A DNA stretch of 64,000 nucleotides from Candidatus Omnitrophota bacterium (GCA_002753465.1 PEAF01000002.1:10942-74941), one strand, 5' to 3'; positions 38,519 to 49,992 are shown, counted from the first letter of the stretch. Notes: generated from the sequence alone by a model not told the origin. Numbers and translations: made by a program.

Positions 38519-39880
38519 TTAAAGGTTTTCCACTTCTTTCAAAAGATTCTTCCGATTGAGGCCGATACGGTTCATGGCGTCAGCCGGGTCTGCACGGTAT
38601 GCCCGGCAAAAGGTGGTCACATCTTTTAACGTATGAACACCCTTGCCGTGCAATTGTTTTAAAACAACGGCCCGGACCAGCGTTTCATTAATAATATCTC
38701 GAGGTGTAACACCAGCTTCACGTGCCAATCTGTCACGATAGATCGTACTCGGTGACATCATCACAATACGATTCTGCTCATAATTATATTTATAAACTGG
38801 TGATAAAAGTATCCTCTTTGACTCCATGCCGCCAGTCTCACTAACTTCGTCGATCACACGAAAAACTTTATCTTCTACATGAAAACGTTTCAACACCACA
38901 AACACATCGATCAAATTAACGAGCACTTCGGGGATATTCATCGGGTCATTCTGTAAACGCATGATCGCCTCACGTGAAGTCAGGGCATGGATCGTACACA
39001 TGCAATACTTACCCACATTCATAGCCGTGATCATATCACGGGCCTCAATACCACGGACCTCACCGACGATAATACGTTCAGGGCGCATACGTAACGTATT
39101 CCTCACAAGGTCAGCCAGGGAAAGCTCGTCATCACTTTCGAGACGAGATACCGTGTCCATGAGAAAGGTGTTCATTTCCAACGTGTCCTCAATAAGGATC
39201 ACGTGATCTTTTTCTGGTATAAAACTGAAAAGAGCATTCAGCAGGGTTGTTTTTCCAGTACCGGGACCGCCTGCCAACATGATATTCGCAGGGCGAATAG
39301 CCATCCCATCCACGTAAACCCACAACTGCGCGGCCACCTCATACGACATGCTACCGAATGAAATAAGATCCAGGATGCTGACAGGGTCAACCTTCGCTTT
39401 GGTTATCGTGATCTGTGCGCCAAAAGGTGACGTAATGATATTCACACGTCCGCCTAAATTGACCAGCTCAAGATCAATGATACGCCTTACCATTTCGCGG
39501 TTCGCAAAAACCAGGATCTTCTTGATAAAAATATCAAGCTCACGAATATGCTCAAACTGCTTGCCCGTAGAGACAAAACCCTTTTCAGCGTGGTGAATAT
39601 AGATCGGCTGTAAACCGTGAATGACAATATCTTCCACGTCGCTATCGCACAACATGGATTCAATGATCCCGTAAGAAAGAAATTCACGGATAAAGGCTGA
39701 CTTGGCACTATTCGTAGTGAACTCATTTGAAAAACGGCGGGGCTTATCATTGACCAAGACACTCTCGAGCGCAGCCGATGCCAGCTCTTCGCGGTCATGG
39801 TCGGGCTGTAATATCTGCATCCTGCCTTTAAGCTTATCGAGCAGCTGATCTTCTAATTCCAAGCGTATATTTTTATTCAT
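38519..39880 (-). CDS. CpaF/VirB11-family secretion ATPase
   Basis: GGPGTGKTT, IEDTLE and LRMRPERIIVGEVRG motifs. Confidence 0.9.
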   Translation of the reverse strand: MNKNIRLELEDQLLDKLKGRMQILQPDHDREELASAALESVLVNDKPRRFSNEFTTNSAKSAFIREFLSYGIIESMLCDSDVEDIVIHGLQPIYIHHAEKGFVSTGKQFEHIRELDIFIKKILVFANREMVRRIIDLELVNLGGRVNIITSPFGAQITITKAKVDPVSILDLISFGSMSYEVAAQLWVYVDGMAIRPANIMLAGGPGTGKTTLLNALFSFIPEKDHVILIEDTLEMNTFLMDTVSRLESDDELSLADLVRNTLRMRPERIIVGEVRGIEARDMITAMNVGKYCMCTIHALTSREAIMRLQNDPMNIPEVLVNLIDVFVVLKRFHVEDKVFRVIDEVSETGGMESKRILLSPVYKYNYEQNRIVMMSPSTIYRDRLAREAGVTPRDIINETLVRAVVLKQLHGKGVHTLKDVTTFCRAYRADPADAMNRIGLNRKNLLKEVENL

Positions 39881-39920
39881 ATGGTTGATAATTTAACATG
39901 GCAGAAACAGGATGTAAACC

Positions 39921-42503
39921 CTATTCTCCCGTCTTTTCATTCAGGGTTCTTGTGATCACGACGGCAGCGTGATCTACATTAAGATATTTTTGAGCTGCAG
40001 ATCTAACAGCCTCCAGCGAAACCGCATCAATCCGTGAAGAATATTCATCGACATTTTTATAACCTAGGCCCAAAAGCTCATCCACAGCCCTTACCATGGT
40101 CTGCGATCCAATGGCCTGCATATCACTTGCCAGTCTGCTTTTAAGGTAGATCTTGGCATCTGCTAATTCCTGATCGCTGATCAAAGCATCGCGTACTTTC
40201 AGGAATTCTTCCTGCATGATCGAACGGACCTTATCGACGCCTTCATTACTTGTAAGCGCAAAGAAGCTGATCATGCCCGCGTCGATAGCAGGAGAAACAC
40301 TGCCGCTGACGGTATAGGCCTTTCCGAATTCATCACGGATACGCTTGAACAACCGTCCGCCTAAAGAAGAACTTAACACATTGACTAAAACCTCGGTAGC
40401 ATAACGATCACCATCTTTGATCAACGGCCCCCTGAAACCAAACATGACCAGCGCCTGCTCTTTATCCATTTTCATTTCTTTAATACGCACCGTCGCAGGC
40501 AACGGCTCTTCGCTAAGTTTGAACTCTGGCTTGCCCCGCTTTAAAACAGCCAAACGATGCTCGAGCTCACCGCGCATTTTTACAGCGTCGATATCACCAA
40601 AAACGGCAATGACGCCGTTATCTGAACGGACACAGCGCTCAAAAGCCGCCACGAGATCCGTACGCTTGATGCGACGCAAGCTTTCCTCTGTCCCAAGGCT
40701 GTCCCAACGGTAAGGATGGTGCTCAAAAAGAGTCTCGATCAAAACACGCGAAGATGTATGGAACACACTGTCCTTACGTCGCATTAAGGCCGTGATCATC
40801 TGATCTTTATCACGGCTGATCTCAACGTCAGGAAACGATGGCTTACTCAAGAGCAGTTCTAATTGGTCAAGAATAAACCCTTGGTCTTGAATTAATCCGT
40901 CTAAGGCTAATGTGAACGTATTTCTCCCCGCTCCGCCACTCACACTAACACCGCGCGACTCGGCCTCACGGCTGATCTGATCGGCCGTTTTTCCTGGCAA
41001 GCCCTTAGTCCATACTGAACCTGTCAAAGCAGCAAGCCCATTTAACGACAATGTTTCATAACGCATACCGCCATTAAAAACAGCACTCACTGAAATGATC
41101 GGCAGACTATGGTCTTCTTTTATAAGGAGCGTCAGCCCATTCGGCATGACAACCTTCTGAATTTCATGCTTTAAAACAGCATCATCTTTAATAATAACCT
41201 TAGCTGCAGACTTTGGTTTAAGGACAACAACATTGAGACGCTGATCCACAAGATAACGGGCAGCTACACGTTTTATGTCCTCATTTGTGACCGCGCGAAC
41301 ACCATCGAGATATCGATCGGAAAAGTTCATGTCACCCGTAAATGCCGTATCAGCGGCAGCCTTGTCCGCCATGCCTTCAGCCGTCTGACGGTCATAAATA
41401 TTCTCCGCCATGACCTGCCGTTTGATTTTTTCAAGCTCATCCGCCAGAAGCCCCTGGCGCTGAGCTGTCATTATCATATCTTTAATGACCGCAATAACCT
41501 TGTTAACATCCTGGTTTTTTATCACGCAGGAGACTTCAAACAACCCTCGGTCTTGTGGGGTATAATTTCCGGCATCTACAGATTCAACCAAATGACGTTT
41601 CTTGTACAGTTCAAGATACAACCTCGAGCTAGCACCTTGCCCGAGAGCCATCGCCAGCACATCAAGAGCATAAAGATCAGCGTCTAATAACTCAACGCTT
41701 TGATAGGCCATAACAAGCCGCGTCAGGTCTGTTGGATAATCAACTTCAAGGCGACGTGAAGCGATCTGCGCAGGCTCCTGAGGTACATTACGTAAAGGGA
41801 ATGATCGGGCCTTAAAGTCCTTGAACTTATCTTTAATCAGCGGCATTACATCATCTGGCTTCAGATTCCCAGCTATAGAAAGGATCATGTTATTCGGAAC
41901 ATAAAGCGTCTGATGGTACTCAACAAGATCATTACGCTTAAGGGAACGAAAAATATCTTCCCGTCCAATGATACGGTATTGATACGGGTGAACATGGTAC
42001 GCTGTCTGATAAACAAGATCACTGGTTTTACGGTCCGGGTTATCATTGACCATGTTCATTTCTTTAACGATCACTTCACGCTCACGATCAAGTTCAGCCT
42101 GGTCAAATAGCGGATTTATAACCATATCGGCGATAAGATCCAGCGCTTTCGGAAAGTTCTCCTGGGGCACACTTAAAACATAATCAGTATTATCATACCC
42201 GGTAGATGCGTTGATATACCCGCCCATAGCCCTGGCTTCCTGGGGAATAACACCAGCGGAACGCCGGGCGGTTCCCTTAAAAAGCATATGTTCAACGAAA
42301 TGCGTGATCCCGCTGCCCATGAACCTGCCCTCATTCGCTGCACCGGTCTTAACCCACAAATTTATCGCTGCCATGGGAGATGAAGGCATTTCACTCACAA
42401 GAACAGTCATGCCATTATCGAGGACAAATCTTTGAACAGAAGCCTGCGCTAACGAAATAAAAAGAACTAAATAAAATACAGATAAAACCAACACACGTCG
42501 CAT
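39921..42503 (-). CDS. M16 family (pitrilysin-like) metallopeptidase
   Basis: HFVEHMLFKGT (HxxEH) and duplicated M16 architecture. Confidence 0.93.
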   Translation of the reverse strand: MRRVLVLSVFYLVLFISLAQASVQRFVLDNGMTVLVSEMPSSPMAAINLWVKTGAANEGRFMGSGITHFVEHMLFKGTARRSAGVIPQEARAMGGYINASTGYDNTDYVLSVPQENFPKALDLIADMVINPLFDQAELDREREVIVKEMNMVNDNPDRKTSDLVYQTAYHVHPYQYRIIGREDIFRSLKRNDLVEYHQTLYVPNNMILSIAGNLKPDDVMPLIKDKFKDFKARSFPLRNVPQEPAQIASRRLEVDYPTDLTRLVMAYQSVELLDADLYALDVLAMALGQGASSRLYLELYKKRHLVESVDAGNYTPQDRGLFEVSCVIKNQDVNKVIAVIKDMIMTAQRQGLLADELEKIKRQVMAENIYDRQTAEGMADKAAADTAFTGDMNFSDRYLDGVRAVTNEDIKRVAARYLVDQRLNVVVLKPKSAAKVIIKDDAVLKHEIQKVVMPNGLTLLIKEDHSLPIISVSAVFNGGMRYETLSLNGLAALTGSVWTKGLPGKTADQISREAESRGVSVSGGAGRNTFTLALDGLIQDQGFILDQLELLLSKPSFPDVEISRDKDQMITALMRRKDSVFHTSSRVLIETLFEHHPYRWDSLGTEESLRRIKRTDLVAAFERCVRSDNGVIAVFGDIDAVKMRGELEHRLAVLKRGKPEFKLSEEPLPATVRIKEMKMDKEQALVMFGFRGPLIKDGDRYATEVLVNVLSSSLGGRLFKRIRDEFGKAYTVSGSVSPAIDAGMISFFALTSNEGVDKVRSIMQEEFLKVRDALISDQELADAKIYLKSRLASDMQAIGSQTMVRAVDELLGLGYKNVDEYSSRIDAVSLEAVRSAAQKYLNVDHAAVVITRTLNEKTGE

Positions 42504-42521
42504 AGATATCCTCTGTTTAAC

Positions 42522-43067
42522 CTAATTGAGCTGTTGACGGCGGCGGTAATCGTCCATAAGACGCCTTAGGTCAACATCACTGTTACGCGCCACTTGAGCG
42601 CAAATAAATATCAGAAGCGAAAACTGCCACACGTCTTCACGCCCTGTGATCAAGCCGCAAGTAACATCCTCTTCCCGCTCCAACTGATTGGCGAAATGGG
42701 CAACAGCGCTAGAAACCCCGCCCTCATAAACATCCAATGAATAAGTTTTATTATTATATTTGAGGGACGGCAACGTTATGCCTCTAACCAGCAGAAAATT
42801 GACCACAGCCCCTTGATCGACACCTTCCTCGTGCCTGAAATCAAAACCTTCAAACCTCGGAATATTCGGCGGCAGGATAAGCGCCGGCTTTTGGACCACA
42901 ACCTCACCCTTACGCACAACTGTATCGCCATCATTTATAAGGGAAGGTGACAAAAAAACATATGGCACATGAGTATCATCAAAAGTATGTAAAGACGAAA
43001 TACGCCGTCTTACAATTTCTGTTTCTTTTAAGGCACTTTCCCAAGCTTCCTGAAAATCCATAAACAC
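42522..43067 (-). CDS. Hypothetical protein
   Basis: 181-aa ORF with normal composition, upstream of the peptidase. Confidence 0.75.
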   Translation of the reverse strand: MFMDFQEAWESALKETEIVRRRISSLHTFDDTHVPYVFLSPSLINDGDTVVRKGEVVVQKPALILPPNIPRFEGFDFRHEEGVDQGAVVNFLLVRGITLPSLKYNNKTYSLDVYEGGVSSAVAHFANQLEREEDVTCGLITGREDVWQFSLLIFICAQVARNSDVDLRRLMDDYRRRQQLN

Positions 43068-43245
43068 ATCCTTTTTTAATAAGTCGCCGATGGTATAGCG
43101 AGCTTACATCACGGCTAAGTTATACCAAAACAGCTTCAGTGACGCAATCAAATACAAATAAAGAAACTTTTATTTCCATTTCTTTGACTTGTGATATTAT
43201 ATTGGACAAATCCGAACTATTATCACCTAACTACACGAGGTTTTT

Positions 43246-44250
43246 ATGAACAAACGACCGCTTCCGTTAAACAAACTCATGGCTTTCTTTTTAGGCGCCA
43301 TGCTTGTTATTGCACTGCCTTCACAAGCACATGCCCAGATCATTGACCAGGCTAAGCGTGAAACCAAGCGCGAAGAGAATATGAAGGTGCTCCAAGAGCG
43401 CTTCAAGTGGTGGCCTACAGATGCCCTTCCCGGCCCCGTTAAAGATGAGCGCGGCGGTTACTGGTGGTGGCCCAAAGAGGCTGGTTCTGTCAAAGAAAAC
43501 TGGGGTAACCGCGGCTACGTTTATGTGCTTAAAGTAATTTATGACTACAAAGCCAATGACGAACAGGCCTACCAGGAGCCAGTTAAAAAAGAAGAACCTA
43601 AAGCCATGAAGCCCTCATTGCTTATCAAAAAGATTATTCGCAACGTAAAAATCTATTTTGATTACAATAAAGCGGACCTACGCGAAGATCACACGCCTAT
43701 TCTTCAGAAGGCCATCAAATCCCTTGAAAAGAACCCCGAAGCGTCAATCCTGATCACGGGAAACTGTGATACCCGTGGCTCGGATGAATATAATATGAAG
43801 CTCGGTGCCAAGCGCAGCAGTGTTGTTCAAAATTATATGCTTGAAAATGGCATTACAGCAAACCGCATCAAGATCATCTCGCGCGGCAAGTTAGATGCTG
43901 TTGCTCCTGTCAAAGACCTGGCCGGCATGCAAAAAGACCGCAATGCCCAGTTCATGGTCGCTGTCGTTGAAGAGTTCGATGTCCCGGCAGACCAGATACC
44001 TCAAGACCAGAACGTCCAGAAAATGGATGATGGTAAATATGTCGTTGAGGAAAAAGAAAGCGTTGAGTCCGCACCCAAAGTGTCGAGCCGTGAATATACG
44101 ATCCAGCTTAATGATTCTCTCTGGAAGATCGCAGCCAAAGAAATGGGTAACGGCAACCGTTGGAAATACCTGTATGAACTTAACAAGGATAAGATTGCTA
44201 ACCCTAACAAGCTAAAAAAGGGCACGGTCATCATTATCCCGATCGAATAA
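43246..44250 (+). CDS. OmpA-family protein with C-terminal LysM domain
   Basis: IYFDYNK, GNCDTRGS.EYN..LG..R and YTIQ.NDSLWKIA motifs. Confidence 0.9.
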   Translation: MNKRPLPLNKLMAFFLGAMLVIALPSQAHAQIIDQAKRETKREENMKVLQERFKWWPTDALPGPVKDERGGYWWWPKEAGSVKENWGNRGYVYVLKVIYDYKANDEQAYQEPVKKEEPKAMKPSLLIKKIIRNVKIYFDYNKADLREDHTPILQKAIKSLEKNPEASILITGNCDTRGSDEYNMKLGAKRSSVVQNYMLENGITANRIKIISRGKLDAVAPVKDLAGMQKDRNAQFMVAVVEEFDVPADQIPQDQNVQKMDDGKYVVEEKESVESAPKVSSREYTIQLNDSLWKIAAKEMGNGNRWKYLYELNKDKIANPNKLKKGTVIIIPIE

Positions 44251-44271
44251 TAAAAACCTTCAGTAAGAAGC

Positions 44272-44301
44272 AAAAGGGAGCTGAATATTCAGCTCCCTTT
44301 T
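44272..44301. terminator. Bidirectional intrinsic terminator
   Basis: Perfect palindrome AAAAGGGAGCTGAATATTCAGCTCCCTTTT between convergent genes. Confidence 0.85.
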
Positions 44302-44329
44302 TATTTACACAGAAACAGCGGGCCAACAA

Positions 44330-46189
44330 CTAATGGATTTTACGGGCAATAAGAACACCAAACCCTTTACCTGCAAAAGGAACCTGCCCGATCAACTGAA
44401 CAGGTTGATAGTTCGGCGCCATCCAGGCATAAAGGTCACGGGCGTAATCCCTGCCGAAGTAATGCGCCCCATGCTCACCCATATCCTGATCAACAAGGAC
44501 AATGTAATCTGATGGAGCTGCTTTGAATGCCGCCAAGACATCACTCTCAGCGGACATATTAAAAAAGCTCGGTGAGAATTCAAAATATTTCGTTGAAAGC
44601 TCACGACCGGACATGAAATTCAACATAACGCCCTCAGGAAAAACAGTGACCGTCGTCCCTTTTGGCAATGCTTTCAGGAAATCAATGGCACGCATCAGGA
44701 TGGGGCCTCTTGATTCTATCTTGGGGCTGTAGGTCAAAAACTGCCCTCGATCAGACCCGAATACAAAGCTCTTGAATTTATAGTAAAAATTATCGACGAT
44801 CGAATAGCTTAGAACAACGCCCCCGAAGATCATTACAAGGAAGGTGTGAAAGAAAAGCTTCCAACCTTTTAAGCCTGCAACCACACGTTCTCCGCCGTCA
44901 TAAGAAACAACAACCAGCAATAAAGACGCGGGTAATGCCAGAATAAAGCCACTATGGTAAATATGCCCGTAAAGAACGATCTTCAACATCAAGATTGTCG
45001 AAAAAACAGCAAACGTAAACCTGATGATACAAGGAAGCATCCGATCGGGTGATCTTGATTGAACCAACTGTATGCCAAAAATGGCTAAAGAGATCAAACT
45101 TACCAAAGGAAGCAAACGAAATATCATGTAAGCAGGCACATATTGGGTTACAGCAATCCACAAACAAGCCGCTAATACAAGTATAATTAAACAATAACCC
45201 AGCCATCTGCACCACATCGTCCTCAGCTTTAAAAGGATCCAGGAAGTAAAGATTGCAAAACCTATCAATGCAAAATATGTAAAAGCGGAGACAGACATCA
45301 GATAAATACTTTTTGAAGGATTATCCATCCCTGAGAACATTTTATAGAAACCATTAACAGAAAGGCTGGTGTTAAATATCGCCATATACGGATAGAAAAA
45401 GGCGAAGACAGCTGGCTTTATCCCCATTTGTGAAATAAAGTACGCCAAAAAAGCAAAAACTGGAACAACTATCCCTATGATAAATATAAAAAATCGTGAA
45501 AATATCTCCTTGTACCCAAGGTATAAGGTTCTAGCCAGCGTACCGGCCATTAAGGCACTCGCCAGGGCAATAAAGACTTCCACCTTAGTTAGAAAAACCA
45601 ACCCGACTAAGATCCCTAGCCAAAAAACCTTACGACTTGATGGACTGCGGAGATATTCAGCGAAAAGCAAAAGAGCCGCAAAGGAAAGCACCAACCCATG
45701 CACTAATTCATGCGAATAAGGACAAATAAAATTGTAATTAGCAATGCCTGTATACTGGCCAAAAGCAAAAAGAGAGAAGAAAATACCTATGGCTAACAAA
45801 GTTGCGGCGACAGACGCCCATACACGAAGCAAACGGTAAGTAATAACCACAAAAACAAGAGTGATGAAAAAATTGATGCAGATGATAACGGAGAGATTTG
45901 ATGAGAACAACTTAAAAAAAACAGCGTAGAAATATTTGGATAAAGGGCCGTAATAAAAGAATATATCTTTGTAAAGGACCTTGCCCTCACTGAGTTGCCA
46001 GGGAATATATAGTTCTCGGCCAAAATCAACGATAATGTCAGGCCACTTACCCCAGCTCAGGGTCAAAACTGAAGCGGAAGCCGTCAATAAAACAAGCGTA
46101 CCCAATAAAGCCGGCCAGCCTATAGCAAGAATTGCCTCACGCTTGCGTTCAAGCCATGCCCGTAGCATCATTTGTCCTCGATTAAACAC
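44330..46189 (-). CDS. Polytopic membrane protein, GT-C-like glycosyltransferase
   Basis: D.GRELY...G..LYKD....YGPL motif and many TM segments. Confidence 0.7.
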   Translation of the reverse strand: MFNRGQMMLRAWLERKREAILAIGWPALLGTLVLLTASASVLTLSWGKWPDIIVDFGRELYIPWQLSEGKVLYKDIFFYYGPLSKYFYAVFFKLFSSNLSVIICINFFITLVFVVITYRLLRVWASVAATLLAIGIFFSLFAFGQYTGIANYNFICPYSHELVHGLVLSFAALLLFAEYLRSPSSRKVFWLGILVGLVFLTKVEVFIALASALMAGTLARTLYLGYKEIFSRFFIFIIGIVVPVFAFLAYFISQMGIKPAVFAFFYPYMAIFNTSLSVNGFYKMFSGMDNPSKSIYLMSVSAFTYFALIGFAIFTSWILLKLRTMWCRWLGYCLIILVLAACLWIAVTQYVPAYMIFRLLPLVSLISLAIFGIQLVQSRSPDRMLPCIIRFTFAVFSTILMLKIVLYGHIYHSGFILALPASLLLVVVSYDGGERVVAGLKGWKLFFHTFLVMIFGGVVLSYSIVDNFYYKFKSFVFGSDRGQFLTYSPKIESRGPILMRAIDFLKALPKGTTVTVFPEGVMLNFMSGRELSTKYFEFSPSFFNMSAESDVLAAFKAAPSDYIVLVDQDMGEHGAHYFGRDYARDLYAWMAPNYQPVQLIGQVPFAGKGFGVLIARKIH

Positions 46190-48143
46190 GTATAGGTAGA
46201 ACTACAAAAGGTATTCCGCTCTGATAAAACTTCCGCTGAAGTGAAAAAGCTGTATCATTGTGCAACCAGCGCGTCCAGAGTGTTTCATTAGGGAACACCA
46301 GCTGCCCGCCAAAAATAACCGCATGCGGGAATCGTTTTGAAACGACTCCAATAACTTTATCCGCCTCTTCAAGGATGTCAACGCCCATATATGCCATGCT
46401 CTCGGCATAAGAGCCCTGGCGCTGCATAAACTCGACATAACGAACAAGGTCTTTCTTGACCTGTGCCTCAAGGTTAACAACTTCCGCTGCGCCTTTAAAA
46501 TTGCCGGCATCAATGATGCCCACCTGAACAAAAACGAAGTTCTTAAATTCCTTGCCGAAAAAACGCGTCACATTAAAAAGCGTATGCAAGCCAAGTCCGT
46601 TGAAGCCACCAACAAGAATAACAGCTGTCCGGCTGTTAGGATCGAATGGTGTGATTTTATCTGTAACGCTAGGAGAAACCGCGACAGCATGAACGAGCGT
46701 ATTAAGGCGGTGAAGCATTTTGGCAACTTCAAGATAATGGCGTTTAATGAATATAGCCAGAACAATAAGGGATCCAGTTACGAAGAGTGTGACCCATCCG
46801 CCTTCATTGAATTTCAAAATAACAACCGACAGCAGGATCACCGTTGTTAATACGAGGCCGGCCCAACTAACCACCATTTTACGCTTCCAGGGGAGTCCGT
46901 CATTTCGAACACTCCACCAATGACGCACCATGCCCATTTGGGATAAAACGAATGTGATGAATACATTGATACTGTAAAAGATCACCAGCAACGACACCTG
47001 CCCATGGGCTAAGAAAAGTGTGATCAGCGCCGCGACGCCCATGATCAGGATCCCGTTCTGAGTTACCAAACGGTCACTTAAATTCGCAAACTTATTCGGA
47101 AACCAGCGGTCCAGCGCCATATTGGCAATAACGCGCGGGCCTCCAAGGAATCCGGTCTGAGCGGCGACAAACAACAAAAGTGCTTCTGAAAGCAGAATTG
47201 TAACAACAAAACATGATCCGAATTGCCCCCAATCTTTTGCCATTGACTCAAACAAAACTGCATTTAATGTTTTCCCTGCTTGGGGCGTAACATGAAAAAG
47301 TAAATACCCGACCATCAGACCGAAAACAGTGATCGCCAGCGACCATGTCATATACCTCATGGTTCGTTTGCCGGTCTCAACCCGTGGTTCACGCAATATG
47401 TTCAACCCATTACTGACAGCTTCGATACCTGTGTAGGTACCTGCCCCCAGGGTGTATGAACGTAAGATCAATAGCAACATACCCACAAAACCTATTTGTG
47501 AAGAGGCCACCTGCGCATCCATCCGTGCATCTGTTATGATCGACGGCACCTGCCCCGCATGGGAAATAAAGGCATACAGGATAACAAAAGCATGTGCCGC
47601 CAGAAAAGTTAAGAAAATAGGGATAAGCGGCCCGATACTTTCCTTAACCCCACGCATATTCAAAATAATCAGGATCACGATAATAAACGCTTGTGCTTGA
47701 AGTTTGAATGTTTGCAGCTCGGGTGGGAGAAAGCTGAACAAAGCATCAACACCACTTGCCACAGACAGCGCAATGGTCAACACATAGTCGATCAAAAGTG
47801 CACACCCTGAGATCATGCCGGCTGTAGGATTGAGCAGTTTACTGGCAACAAGATACCCCCCGCCACCGGAAGGAAAAAGCTCAATGATCTGTGAATAACT
47901 GGCACTGATAAGAAAAACCGTACCCACCGTAGCCAGTGCAACAAAGATACTTAAATAAGTGTGGCCTTGTAGGGCCAGAAATGCGGCTTCAGGACCATAA
48001 CATGAGGATGTTAACCCATCCGCGCCAAGACCGATCCAAGCCAGGAATGCGACTAACGACAACTTATGGAAGACATCCCGATCAAGAGGGCTTTTGGCTT
48101 GCCCGATAAAAACATTCTTAATTTTTTTAAAAAATGAAGGCAT
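46182..48143 (-). CDS. APC-family permease (KimA-like)
   Basis: DGLTSSCYGPE, YSQII...P.GGGGY and TGIEAVSNG motifs; cytoplasmic C-terminal domain. Confidence 0.85.
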   Translation of the reverse strand: MPSFFKKIKNVFIGQAKSPLDRDVFHKLSLVAFLAWIGLGADGLTSSCYGPEAAFLALQGHTYLSIFVALATVGTVFLISASYSQIIELFPSGGGGYLVASKLLNPTAGMISGCALLIDYVLTIALSVASGVDALFSFLPPELQTFKLQAQAFIIVILIILNMRGVKESIGPLIPIFLTFLAAHAFVILYAFISHAGQVPSIITDARMDAQVASSQIGFVGMLLLILRSYTLGAGTYTGIEAVSNGLNILREPRVETGKRTMRYMTWSLAITVFGLMVGYLLFHVTPQAGKTLNAVLFESMAKDWGQFGSCFVVTILLSEALLLFVAAQTGFLGGPRVIANMALDRWFPNKFANLSDRLVTQNGILIMGVAALITLFLAHGQVSLLVIFYSINVFITFVLSQMGMVRHWWSVRNDGLPWKRKMVVSWAGLVLTTVILLSVVILKFNEGGWVTLFVTGSLIVLAIFIKRHYLEVAKMLHRLNTLVHAVAVSPSVTDKITPFDPNSRTAVILVGGFNGLGLHTLFNVTRFFGKEFKNFVFVQVGIIDAGNFKGAAEVVNLEAQVKKDLVRYVEFMQRQGSYAESMAYMGVDILEEADKVIGVVSKRFPHAVIFGGQLVFPNETLWTRWLHNDTAFSLQRKFYQSGIPFVVLPIRV

Positions 48144-48210
48144 TGATATCTCACTAAGTAAGTTTTAAAGAAGGTGATATTTTAATACAAAATTAAATTC
48201 TTAAGAAGAT

Positions 48211-49992
48211 TTATACAGTTTCTTTCGTAGGAATCTTAACCGTGAATACGGACCCCATTCCCGGCTCACTCTTAACCGAAATCGTACCTCGATGCTTTTC
48301 AATAATACTATAAGAAATAGATAGTCCCAACCCAGTACCCATTCCCGCCGGCTTTGTAGTAAAGAACGGCTCAAATAAATGCAACAAAACTTCCTCTGTC
48401 ATTCCAGCCCCCGTATCTGCAACCTCGATCAAAACATCATCAGCGTCGAGCGTGGTCGTTATTGTCACAACTCCTTTTTCCTCAATTGCCTGTGCGGCAT
48501 TGACAAAAAGATTAATAAACACCTGACTTAATTGCTGCGGATAGCATGAAATGGGAGGTAAATTCGTAAAATGCTTAACGATACTGACTTTATACTTCAA
48601 CTCGTTCCTGGCAATATTTAAAGCTGAATCAATTAATTTATTAAGATCCGCAATCTCCTTACGCTCATTGTCAGCATGTGAGAAAGTCTTCAAATCTACA
48701 ACGATCTTCTTGATCCGCTCAAAGCCATCATCCATTTCTTCAAGCAGCTTGATCATGTCTGTCAGGACAAAATCAAAATTAACTTCCTTCTTGTAACTAT
48801 CAAGGTCATTAACTAAACCCTTAAACTTACCCTGATCAACAAAAGCAGCCTTCTCGATCTCGATGTATTTCTCAACTACCCGTGCCGTTGCCTGTGTATA
48901 TTCTTTTAACATTTCCATATTGTTCATCAGAAATGCGACCGGGTTATTAATCTCATGCACAACGCCCGCTGCAAGCTGACCGACCGTGGCCATTTTCTCA
49001 GAGTGAACCAGTTGCCGTTGCATTTTCTTAAGCTCATTATAAGCCATTAAAAGGTCTTCTTCGGCATGTTTACGCTCCAGGATCTCTTCCTGTAGCTTCA
49101 GATTCGAATCAGATAATTGCTCTGTCCGGTGCGTGACACGCTGCTCAAGGCTGCCGATAAGTGCACGCATTTGTGCCATCATGTGATTAAATGCGATGGC
49201 TAAAACCCCGAATTCATCGTGACGGGCAGACTGGATCGGATGGTCTAATTTTCCGTTTGAGATAGATTCTACGGCACGCTGAATATCGATCAAAGGAAAA
49301 AATATCCTCTGGATATTCAAGAAAGCAATGAATAATGAGAGCAAAAGAATAACCCCACCGACGCTCACGATCATCAATAATGACCGTTGAGCCACGAACT
49401 GCGCCTTTCGTCGGGCTTTATCTAAATTATCCGTCTCAATGTCTTCAAGTGAACGAATGGCATCGAGCATGGGTTCACGTAAAATGGCCATATCGGTCAA
49501 AACAGCCTTTGTACGGACCCCATACCCCCTTTCCTGATCATGCGTATCCATCAATAACTGGGCCTGTTTCAAAAATCCCTTAACCTGCCCGTTCACTCGC
49601 TCAACAGCGAGCAGTTCACGACCTTCAAATGTGTTAGACGCCTGACGAAAGAGTTCCTCTATCCGGCGCGAAGACTCTTCAAAGATAACGCGAAGCCTGA
49701 CCCTGCTATCTTCACCCTCATGTATGACATATTGCGACATCAGATCAGAGAGGAACAGCCCCTCCACGCGAATACGCGTACTCAAATAACGGCCATCGCT
49801 ACGAACCATGGATTCTTTGATAATGCCCTGCGTCAGCCGAACCTGATAATAGGCCATTGACCCCATGGCGAGAATTAAAAGCGCTAAAAGGATCATGCTC
49901 GAAAGAAGAACCGTGGAAACACGTTGCCACGGCTTTAAATGGTACTCAGGTTGTTCTGATCTCTGGAACCATTTAGTCTGACCAGCCATCAT
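48211..49992 (-). CDS. Sensor histidine kinase (HAMP, HisKA, HATPase)
   Basis: HEINNP, NAAQA, FEPFFTTK and GTGLGL motifs. Confidence 0.94.
   Translation of the reverse strand: MMAGQTKWFQRSEQPEYHLKPWQRVSTVLLSSMILLALLILAMGSMAYYQVRLTQGIIKESMVRSDGRYLSTRIRVEGLFLSDLMSQYVIHEGEDSRVRLRVIFEESSRRIEELFRQASNTFEGRELLAVERVNGQVKGFLKQAQLLMDTHDQERGYGVRTKAVLTDMAILREPMLDAIRSLEDIETDNLDKARRKAQFVAQRSLLMIVSVGGVILLLSLFIAFLNIQRIFFPLIDIQRAVESISNGKLDHPIQSARHDEFGVLAIAFNHMMAQMRALIGSLEQRVTHRTEQLSDSNLKLQEEILERKHAEEDLLMAYNELKKMQRQLVHSEKMATVGQLAAGVVHEINNPVAFLMNNMEMLKEYTQATARVVEKYIEIEKAAFVDQGKFKGLVNDLDSYKKEVNFDFVLTDMIKLLEEMDDGFERIKKIVVDLKTFSHADNERKEIADLNKLIDSALNIARNELKYKVSIVKHFTNLPPISCYPQQLSQVFINLFVNAAQAIEEKGVVTITTTLDADDVLIEVADTGAGMTEEVLLHLFEPFFTTKPAGMGTGLGLSISYSIIEKHRGTISVKSEPGMGSVFTVKIPTKETV

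Noticed and set aside
38519-39880. VirB11/CpaF ATPase as conjugation machinery for the element
   Set aside because: It is about 15 kb outside the element in housekeeping context, with no other T4SS genes.
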